Shown here: positions 54,758 to 64,000 of the stretch, one piece after another
How the letters are laid out: each line of letters begins with the position of its first letter
Position numbering within the stretch: position 1 is the first letter of the stretch
Assembly (NCBI GenBank): GCA_002269645.1
Contig: NIVC01001143.1
Span: 248,001-312,000 of the forward strand
DNA: 64,000 nucleotides
Direction of reading: 5' to 3'
Source of the DNA: Macrostomum lignano
Taxonomy: Eukaryota
The notes under the pieces: model-generated
What the model was told of the DNA's origin: nothing
Database searches by the model: none
What the model saw: the letters and a program-made list of their open reading frames with translations, nothing else
Position numbers and translations under genes: made by a program

Positions 54758-55769
54758 TTCCAAGGAGCTGTTTTTTTTCTAGAAAAATTTGCAATGCTGT
54801 TTCTAGGGCTTTTCTTCATGCTAAATTGCCAGGGCGTTGCTATGGAATCTCTAGGCCCTTGGATGCTGAGTCTGATGGCTGCAATCCAAATAGCGCCACA
54901 CGGGAACAGATCCCTACTCGCAAAAAATGGAAGTCTCCTGTTCCGCCCACTTCTCAAATATTTTCTTTGCTAAAGGCGGGGGCGCACAGAAAGAGGCTCT
55001 GAGGTGCATGATCGATGAGCTCAGGCCTATGCATTGAGTCAACAATTAATGCAGGCGGCCCAGCCTCCCCCCCCCCCCCAGCAACCCGTGATCAGCCACT
55101 CGGCCTTCTGCCGATCAGGGCATTATCAGAACCCAATAGCAGCTGGACAGACAGAAAAAAAACATCTTTACGATATCCTAATCCCAGTTTCCTACAAAGC
55201 TTCATCATTGCCATCCGGCCGTCTGGAAGATGATAAAGCAATCAGATCGGAAAGGGGAGGATCAGCGGGGCTCAAGCGATGCTGATTAATCCGCAATCTG
55301 TCTGACTGGCGGGCCCGCGCACTCCAGCAGCTCCGGGATTCTGGGAAACGCCATTTCATCCTGCCGCACTATACCCGCGCCCCAGCAACTCGATGACGTC
55401 CTTCAGCTGGAAAGGAAAATCGCCGAGAGGATGAGTGCTTCATCTTGCCCACTTTCTCCATCACAGAGAGAGGCATTGGCGGTCTCAATCAAAGTAATGG
55501 ACTCGGCTTATTGAAGAGCAATATTGGCTCTGAGTGCCTCTACTGGCCCGCGTTTGCTTAAGTCGGATGGCCGGGGCGGGGGCCGCCAGCTCCCGATAAA
55601 AACTGGCCCTCTTGGGGAAAATTTCTGGAAGCCAACCAACCGCTTTCCAGCCCTCCCATCTGCTGCCCTAGCAACTGGAGCGAGCAGTATAGAAATCGCA
55701 TATTTTGGAACTCCGAAGGCTGCACTGAATTTTCTCGCTCTCCCCGCCTTGCACAGCTCGCTGGCACCT

Positions 55770-57755
55770 ATGCCGCAGAATCTCGTCCTCATCATCTGCG
55801 CCTGCGTCGCTGCCGCCGCCGCCGCCGCAGCTGGCAGCGACGCCTCCTCGGACATCGCCGAGGCCTCCAGTCTCCTTGGCAACAGCAGCGAGCCGCCCTG
55901 CTACCCGGAGGCCGCCGCCTGCCGCCTCTACGGCGACTGCTGCCACGCTGTGGCCAACCGCAGCGGCGTCGCCCTCCGGCAGCTCGAATGCGCCCCGGCC
56001 AGCAGCCTCGGCGTGCTGTTCAACGACGGAGCCGGCGAGGACGGCGCCTTCGTCAGCCTGGTGCAGAGCTGCCCGCCCAGCGCTCCGCCCGGCGACCCGG
56101 ATGTCCGGCTCTGCTACAGCCAGCAGGCCGAGCCGCGCAGCCTCTTCGACCCGCGCCACCTACCGGCGATGTCGCCTGACGGCCTGCTGTTCCGCAGCGC
56201 CCACTGCGCTCGCTGCAACGGCCGGCGCCGGCTGCTGTGGCCGCAGGTGTCTGTCCTGTGCGCTCCGGGCAGCCCGAAGACCGCCGCCAACCTCAGCAAG
56301 GAGCAGATCGAGCAGTTCCTGCGCCAGGAGCTCGCCAGCGGGCGGGACCTGCCGCCTGGCTGCCTGGTGGCCACCCGCTTCCCCGGCCGGCCGCTGCACC
56401 GCTGCTACGGCCCCGGCCTCGTCCAGCACTGCGTCAATTTGTCGGCCACCACCGAGCAGCGCCAGCTATGCGAGGACGGCGGCCTGGTGGCCATGAACTA
56501 CTCCGCCTGCGGCGGCGTGTTCCGCAACCAGGCCTGTCGGGACTGCTTCGGCGTCTGCCCGGAGTTCGGCTTCGGCGCCTTCGGCAGCTTCGGCTTCGGC
56601 GGCGGCCGAGGCGGCGGCGTGCTCAGCAACGTGGTGAACTTCTGGATCCCGCTGCGAGAGCCGGTGTCCAGCGGCGACGTCCAGACGTTCGACACGCAGT
56701 GGGTGGCGGACGGCTCCTTCAAGGGGAATGTCAGCGACAACGCGACTTCCGCTGCGACGACTGGCGGAGCCGCCACCGATGCGGCCGCCGACGAGGAATC
56801 CGGCTGGGTGCAGCGGCTCGTGCTGGTCGTCTCCTACGCCGTGTCCATCGCCTCCCTGACGCTGCTGCTCGCCGTGTACGCCTTGCTGCCGCACCTGCGC
56901 AACCGGGCCGGCCAGCTGCTGATGTCGCACGCAGCCTCCGTCCTGGCGTTGCAGGCGGCCCAGCTGCTCAGCCTGTGCGCCGGCCAGCAGCTCGGCGGCG
57001 GCTGCATCGCGCTGCACTTCTTCTTTTACTTCTGCATGGCGGCCGCCTTCGTGTGGGCCTTCCTGTTCGGCTGGGACCTCCTGCGCACCTTCGCCTCCCT
57101 GCTGCGCAACTCCGCCTTCAAGCCGAGCCGCTACGGCCGCTTCGCCCTGGTGGGCTGGGGGCTGCCGCTGCTGCTCACCGGCCTGCTGCTCGGCCTCCAC
57201 CTCGGCATCGGCCTGCTGGACTCCGGCTGCCGCTACCGCCCCGACCGCGTGGCCTTCATGCTGGGTCTCAGCTTCGGGCCGCTGCTGGCCGCCCTGCTGT
57301 TCAACCTGGCCATCGTGCTGCTGCTCGGCCTGCAGCTGCTGCGCACCTACCGGGAGACTCGCTCGGCCGGCCGCAGCTCCGCCGCCAAGCTGTGCGCCAT
57401 GACCGCCAAGGTGTCCGTGATCATGGGCGCCGCCTGGCTGCCGTACTTCCTGGCCACTCTGCTGGACCGCGGCCGCAACCCCGGCACCGTCGGGTTCGCC
57501 TCAGAGCTGCTGTGCAGCCTGCACGGCCTCCTGCTGGCCGTCGGCTTCACCGGCAACCGCCGCGTCCGGGCCCGGCTGTCTGAGATCACCTCCTCGGCGC
57601 TGAAGTCCTCCAGCGGCAGCGGCGGCGCCAAGGGCTCCGAGGCCTCGCGGATGACGCTGGCGCGGCGGTCGCAGGACGCGGGCCGCGGCGTCCAGGTGCA
57701 GCGGCTGCTCGCGGACAAGCCGCAGCCCGGGCAGCTCAACGAGTCTCCGGCTTGA
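55770..57755 (+). CDS. Intronless secretin/adhesion-class (family 2, Methuselah-like) GPCR with a Cys-rich ectodomain
   Basis: Signal peptide after ATG 55770; C..YGDCC and FRSAHCARCN Cys motifs; seven hydrophobic segments with family-2 signatures (C..LHFFFY..AAF.W, GWGLP, GP....N, G..W, LHG). Confidence 0.88.
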   Translation: MPQNLVLIICACVAAAAAAAAGSDASSDIAEASSLLGNSSEPPCYPEAAACRLYGDCCHAVANRSGVALRQLECAPASSLGVLFNDGAGEDGAFVSLVQSCPPSAPPGDPDVRLCYSQQAEPRSLFDPRHLPAMSPDGLLFRSAHCARCNGRRRLLWPQVSVLCAPGSPKTAANLSKEQIEQFLRQELASGRDLPPGCLVATRFPGRPLHRCYGPGLVQHCVNLSATTEQRQLCEDGGLVAMNYSACGGVFRNQACRDCFGVCPEFGFGAFGSFGFGGGRGGGVLSNVVNFWIPLREPVSSGDVQTFDTQWVADGSFKGNVSDNATSAATTGGAATDAAADEESGWVQRLVLVVSYAVSIASLTLLLAVYALLPHLRNRAGQLLMSHAASVLALQAAQLLSLCAGQQLGGGCIALHFFFYFCMAAAFVWAFLFGWDLLRTFASLLRNSAFKPSRYGRFALVGWGLPLLLTGLLLGLHLGIGLLDSGCRYRPDRVAFMLGLSFGPLLAALLFNLAIVLLLGLQLLRTYRETRSAGRSSAAKLCAMTAKVSVIMGAAWLPYFLATLLDRGRNPGTVGFASELLCSLHGLLLAVGFTGNRRVRARLSEITSSALKSSSGSGGAKGSEASRMTLARRSQDAGRGVQVQRLLADKPQPGQLNESPA

Positions 57756-59510
57756 AGCCCCTCTGCTGGCGGATGAGCAGATTAATTATTTCTGCTCAGA
57801 GGGGGGTTAGAATTCTGACTGAATTCTGATCAACTTTTTCTGTTGTCTACGAGGCTGCTCGATCAGATGTTATTCGACAAGAAGATATGAATCTAAAATT
57901 GATTGTTGAGCTGCTCAAGTCATGAGCATAGACTCAATGAGCATCTGACAGAAACTAATCGTGGCGACCATCTTTCCTCTAGTAGCTGCTATACTGCAAA
58001 AACAAAGTTTTACATAACCGATTTCAGTGGGACAGCTGACGCCCTTAATCTCCCCTGCAAGAATCCCTGTTGCAGTTCCTGTTGTAAACCCTTCTCTCAG
58101 TACCCGGGGCCGAGAGCAGTCTCTCTGCCCTTCTTTTTCCGTGGAACTGATTGTTGGGCGATTAGTAAATTCTCGCAACTGTTCATGTTTCCAACATTCA
58201 TACTAACCAATAAATAACAAATACTGCACCTATAACACATTCTACAGTGTACATCGCAGTTACTGTACATTTGTATTCGTTTAGCAGCAGTTTCCGATCC
58301 GCAACAAATCCTGCTTAATCGTTTAATTGTAAAATTCAAATAAAACCCTCTTAACCCTATCTTTTATCCGCCGAGATGCCAGTAGCTTGTAGTCAACAAT
58401 ATGCTTATTCTACTACTTAGTTTCCCCCGGGCCGTTGTGAGTAGTGTAGAATGCGAATTTGTGTTGTTATTAAACGTGTAAAAAGAGACTATAAAAATTG
58501 CTTATTCAAATTATAGCGCTCTACGAGTATAATTATTATTCATGGACAACTAAAGCCCAAAGTCACTGGCTCCTGCTGTCCATGCTATTAATATATAGTG
58601 CGCAGAAGATACAAAAATTTATCAACTGGACTTCAACCCTCGCATTCTTCTCTATTGCTAAATAGCAAGACTGAATCGTTGACTTTTGAATTAAATTATC
58701 CTTTTTAAACCAAACCTCAACAGCCTACTCATCAGTAGACAATAGGCAAGATTGCATCTATTTTGACCACCTGAATGAACACAGAAGGAACTGAATCCGT
58801 GAGTTGCATTCTGCACAGATCTGGTGCTGCATGGCGGCTAACAGTGAGTGAAGCACAGCAAAGGCGTTAGTTTTGCAATGTATTTGACGAATTAATCAAT
58901 CTTAATAAATTCAATGATTTGTGCGCGAATCTCCTGATCACAAATCCGACAAGCGGCAGCAGAGCAGTATAATATCAGTATAATATAATTCATTTATTGT
59001 TAAAGCAGAACAGAACAGGTGTTAACAAGGTAAAATAGCAAATGTACGCTCGTACTATCGATTGATCTGTTTAATGTGCGTAAACAGTTTGAATACTCTG
59101 TGATAAATAGCAAGATTAAAAGATTACACAGCAAATAATATCAGCTGATGAAGCGGGATCCAGCAGCCTCTCTGAAGTTCCGAAATAGATAATTATAACG
59201 TAACATATGTGTAATAAAAAACAAAGCTAGGAAGCAGATAAAATTGGTTGCTAGGGCTAAGTTATTGCACTAAGATCTGCCATGTTAATCAGCTGGCATG
59301 CAGATTATAATATAGCAAAGTGTTAATTTTCATTGTATAGTACTGCATAAGCATAATAGTCAGTAGTATATGGCATGTGAGTCAGCCAGTTCGGATATAC
59401 GATATAATCTAGATTAGCAAGCCTAAAAATTTATATGAAATAAATTTGAGCATGCAAGCCCCAAGCCAGCGATAAGTCCTGATGAAGCAAGGCTTGAGCC
59501 CAGCCTCCTC

Positions 59511-61460
59511 TTAGCGAGCCAGCTTGTGGATTTTGGCCAGCCGCTTGCGCAGTTCGGTTGGAAATTTCTCATAGCACGGCTTGCAGACCGGCTTCAGGTC
59601 GTACTCGTAGAACTTCGTCCTGCGGCGGCGGGGGCGGTGAGTGCAAAACTGTACATTAGTGAGGGATGGCAGCTTCCTGCCGTGCAGCCAGTGTTTTGCA
59701 TTTCTGGTCTGCTTCTTTTGCCTGCAGTTTAATTTCGCCTTGCTGCAGAAATATCAAAATAGCTGCGTGGCAGTATAGCCATAGCTGCCTGTAGTTGTGG
59801 GGTAGGCAGTGGGGTAGGCAGTGGGGGATCCAGGCCCAGGCCAAGAAGTGTCCCAGAGTCACTAGTGAGTAGTTTGCCATGTCTCTTTAGCGATTCTTGT
59901 CTCAGTAACTTTTTAACGGGATAATAATAACGATAATAATAATAATAATAATAATACTTAATTGATTACACCTGCCCTAGTGGGCAGATGTGCAACCGAC
60001 AGCTCATCTGAAGGCTGCGTACGGCTGTTCAGTCCAAGGACTGGGAAGGGGAGTTTCAGCACACATCTCAATTACCCTCAATTACCCCGGTGAACTGAAG
60101 CAATGCCGAGTTAAGTGTCTTGCTCAAGGAATCGAACCCCCGACCTTCAAGTCGTGAGTCACGGGGGGGGGGGCACAAGCAGCATCCGCAGACCCAGCGC
60201 ACTCACTTTTGATTCATCTGCCTGTCGCAGACGGAGCACTGGAAGTGGGCGGAGCACCAGCTCTTGCAGCAGGCCTGGACGCACTCGTCGCTGATGGTGT
60301 CGTTGCAGACAAAGCAGGCCTGGCCGAACAGCTGCTGGAAGTGGGTCTCGCAGTAGGCCTGCAGCGCGGGATTTGGATTAGAGAGCGATTATCGATTAGG
60401 TTAAGGGAATTATCACTTGGATTATCAGTCGGATTAGTGGCAATTCTCATTTGGATTAGGGGAGATTCTCAATCGGATTAGGGACAATTCTCATTTGGAT
60501 TGGGGAAGATTCTCAGTCGGATTAGGGGGGCGATTCTCAGTCGGATTAGGGGGGCAATTCTCATTTGGATTAGGGGAGATTCTCAATCACATTAGGGGAG
60601 ATTCTCAGTCGGATTAGGGGAGATTCTTAATCGGATTAGGAGCAATTCTCTGTTGGATTAGGGGAGATTCTCAGTAGGATTAGGGGGGCGATTCTCAGTA
60701 AGATTAGGGGAGATTTTTGAATCGGATTAGGGGAGAGTCTTAATCGGATTAGGGAAGATTTTCAATCGGATTAGGGAAGATTTTCAATCGGATTAGGGAA
60801 GATTTTCAATCGGATTAGGGAAGATTTTCAATCGGATTAGGGAAGATTTTCAATCGGATTAGGGAAGATTTTCAATCGGATTAGGGAAGATTTTCAATCG
60901 GATTAGGGAAGATTTTCAATCGGATTAGGGAAGATTTTCAATCGGATTAGGGGAGATTTTCAATCCTCCCACCTGTCCGCGCCGCTCAAAGAAGCGGGTG
61001 CCGTTGAACGGCTTCTCGCAGACGGCGCACACGAAGTGCTCCACGTGCCAGGCCTTGTTGATGGCGTGCACCACGCGCTCCTCAATCGGCCGGCGGCAGC
61101 GGGCGCAGACGGGGACGCCCAGCTTGTCGAAGCAGCGGATGCAGTACAGCTGGTCGTCCTTCTCGCGGGCTTCAGCGGTGAGCTCGGCGCGGCAGCCGGT
61201 GCAGTTGAAGTGGTAGGGGTGGTAGTTGTCGCCCTTGAAGCGGAGCACCTGGTCGGCCTCGATGATGTCGTGGCAGCGGTTGCAGAGGAAGCGGGCGGCG
61301 CCCCGGACCCGCTCCTTGGCGTTGCAGTCCTTGCACAGGGCGCGGCCGAGGTTCTTCACGAATGCGTCGGTGAGGGCCAGGCCGCACAGCTGGCAGGTGA
61401 AGCAGTCCGGGTGCCAGGAGGACTGCATGGCGCGGATCACCCGGCCGACGATGAACTCGC
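59511..61460 (-). CDS. LIMS1: PINCH / LIM and senescent cell antigen-like protein (LIM2-LIM5; 5' exons beyond the window)
   Basis: Exons 61460-60973, 60358-60207, 59619-59511. Sequences [54 protein letters not shown] and [19 protein letters not shown] match PINCH/UNC-97. Confidence 0.95.
59921..60161 (-). mobile_element. Second copy of the tRNA/CORE-like SINE (5'-truncated, internally deleted)
   Basis: Reverse complement shares CACGACTTGAAGGT.GGGGGTTCGATTCC, TTGAGCAAGACACTT, GCATTGCTTCAGTTCACC, GGTTGCACATCTG and the (ATT)n tail with 43576-43828. Lies in the last PINCH intron. Confidence 0.8.
60375..60965. repeat. 22-bp array (TCAATCGGATTAGGGAAGATTT) containing TTAGGG
   Basis: Read directly; fills PINCH intron 60359-60972. 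Confidence 0.93.
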
Positions 61461-61494
61461 CTGATAAGGGAGGCGAAACAGATGGATCCAGATT

Positions 61495-61935
61495 CCTGAT
61501 GTACAGATCTAGATGAATGCTGTACAGATCTAGATGAATGCTGTACAGATCTAGATGAATGCTGTACAGACCTAGATGAATGCTGTACAGATCTAGATGA
61601 ATGCTGTACAGATCTAGATGAATTCTGTATAGATCTAGATGAATACTGTACAGATCTAGATGAATGCTGTACAGATCTAGATGAATGCTGTACAGATCTA
61701 GATGAATGCTGTAGAGATCTAGATGAATTCTGTATAGATCTAGATGAATGCTGTACAGATCTAGATGAATGCTGTACAGATCTAGATGAATTCTGTATAG
61801 ATCTAGATGAATGCTGTATAGATCTAGATGAATGCTGTACAGATCTAGATGACTGATGTATATAGATCTAGATGACTGATGTATAGATATAGATGTCTGC
61901 TGTATAGATCTAGAGGCCTGAGATATAGATATAGA
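61495..61935. repeat. 21-bp array (GATCTAGATGAATGCTGTACA)
   Basis: Read directly; at the acceptor end of a PINCH intron. Confidence 0.94.
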
Positions 61936-61944
61936 AAATCTGAC

Positions 61945-64000
61945 AAGCAACTTACACACCCGCCAAAGCAACTTACACACCCACCAAAGCAACTTACACA
62001 CCCACCAAAGCAACTTACACACCCACCAAAGCAACTTACACACCCACCAAAGCAACTTACACACCCACCAAAGCAACTTACACACCCACCAAAGCAACTT
62101 ACACACCCACCAAAGCAACCTACACACCCTAGGTTGCAACCTACACACCCTAGGTTGCAACCTACACACCCGCCAAAGCAACCTACACACCCGCCAAAGT
62201 AACTTACACACCCGCCAAAGCAACCTACACACCCGCCAAAGCAACTTACACACCAACCAAAGCAACCTACACACCCGCCAAAGCAACCTACACACCCACC
62301 AAAGCAACCAACACACCCGCCAAAGCAACCTACACACCCTAGGTTGCAACCTACACACCCGCCAAAGCAACCTACACACCCTAGGTTGCAACCTACACAC
62401 CCGCCAAAGCAACCTACACACCCGCCAAAGCAACCTACACACCCGCCAAAGCAACCTACACACCCGCCAAAGCAACCTACACACCCGCCAAAGCAACCTA
62501 CACACCCTAGGTTGCAACCTACACACCCGCCAAAGCAACCTACACACCCGCCAAAGCAACCTACACACCCTAGGTTGCAACCTACACACCCTAGGTTGCA
62601 ACCTACACACCCGCCAAATCAACCTACACACCCTAGGTTGCAACCTACACACCCACCAAAGCAACCTACACACCCGCCAAAGCAACCTACACACCCTAGG
62701 TTGCAACCTACAAACCCGCCAAAGCAACCTACACACCCTAGGTTGCAACCTACACACCCTAGGTTGCAACCTACAAACCCGCCAAAGCAACCTACACACC
62801 CTAGGTTGCAACCTACACACCCTAGGTTGCAACCTACACACCCTAGGTTGCAACCTACACACCCTAGGTTGCAACCTACACACCCTAGGTTGCAATCTAC
62901 ACACCCGCCAAAGCAACCTACACACCCTAGGTTGCAACCTACACACCCGCCAAAGCAACCTACACACCCGCCAAAGCAACCTACACACCCGCCAAAGCAA
63001 CCTACACACCCACCAAAGCAACCTACACACCCGCCAAAGCAACCTACACACCCGCCAAAGCAACCTACACACCCGCCAAAGCAACCTACACACCCTAGGT
63101 TGCAACCTACACACCCGCCAAAGCAACCTACACACCCGCCAAAGCAACCTACACACCCGCCAAAGCAACCTACACACCCGCCAAAGCAACCTACACACCC
63201 ACCAAAGCAACCTACACACCCACCAAAGCAACCTACACACCCGCCAAAGCAACCTACACACCCACCAAAGCAACCTACACACCCGCCAAAGCAACCTACA
63301 CACCCACCAAAGCAACCTACACACCCACCAAAGCAACCTACACACCCACCAAAGCAACTTACACACCCGCCAAAGCAACCTACACACCCTAGGTTGCAAC
63401 CTACACACCCGCCAAAGCAACCTACACACCCGCCAAAGCAACCTACACACCCGCCAAAGCAACCTACACACCCTAGGTTGCAACCTACACACCCGCCAAA
63501 GCAACCTACACACCCTAGGTTGCAACCTACACACCCACCAAAGCAACTTACACACCCGCCAAAGCAACTTACACACCCGCCAAAGCAACCTACACACCCG
63601 CCAAAGCAACCTACACACTCGCCAAAGCAACCTACACACCCTAGGTTGCAACCTACACACCCACCAAAGCAACCTACACACCCGCCAAAGCAACTTACAC
63701 ACCCGCCAAAGCAACCTACACACCCTAGGTTGCAACCTACACACCCGCCAAAGCAACCTACACACCCGCCAAAGCAACCTACACACCCGCCAAAGCAACC
63801 TACACACCCTAGGTTGCAACCTACACACCCACCAAAGCAATCTGCACACCCACCAAAGCAACCTACACACCCACCAAAGCAACCTACACACCCGCCAAAG
63901 CAACCTACACACCCACCAAAGCAACCTACACACCCGCCAAAGCAACCTACACACCCGCCAAAGAAACCTACACACCCACCAAAGCAACCTACACACCCAC
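61945..64000. repeat. 21-bp array with two variants (GCAACCTACACACCCGCCAAA / GCAACCTACACACCCTAGGTT), running to the window end
   Basis: Read directly. Confidence 0.96.

Noticed and set aside
55876-57739. Alternative-frame and antisense ORFs over the GPCR (likewise over MCM5 and the kettin-like exons)
   Set aside because: Expected shadows of very GC-rich coding sequence.
60925-63996. 1023-aa ORF as one protein
   Set aside because: Only 61460-60973 is a real PINCH exon; the rest is read-through of two 21-bp arrays upstream of a canonical acceptor.

Overview
Metazoan genomic DNA with GT-AG introns and GC3-rich exons. The style suggests a flatworm such as Macrostomum (inference only). Spliced genes reconstructed by hand: a five-Ig mini-kettin/titin-like gene (+, 1188-6271) that appears to be nested antisense in an intron of a SHIP-type SH2 inositol 5-phosphatase gene (-, 23951 to 6474, probably continuing left of the window); a 3-exon PP1-like pseudophosphatase (+, 30079-31569); MCM5 (+, 41367-48741); and the 3' part of PINCH/LIMS (-, 61460-59511). 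Intronless ORFs: a secretin/adhesion-class GPCR (55770-57755) and two paralogous ~315-aa helical proteins of unknown function (26323-27276, 32396-33343). A frameshifted LamG-like gene lies at ~28.6-29.7 kb. Mobile DNA: a LOA/Lian-type LINE lacking RT, a 1.1-kb P-superfamily element with TIRs, an exact 8-bp TSD and a spliced THAP ORF, two copies of a tRNA/CORE-SINE, and another tRNA-derived SINE-like piece with hammerhead-like core words. About 24 tandem arrays are present, each with its own unit, mostly in introns and often abutting or overlapping splice sites. Most long ORFs in the supplied track are artefacts of these arrays. No CRISPR, rRNA or true tRNA gene was found.
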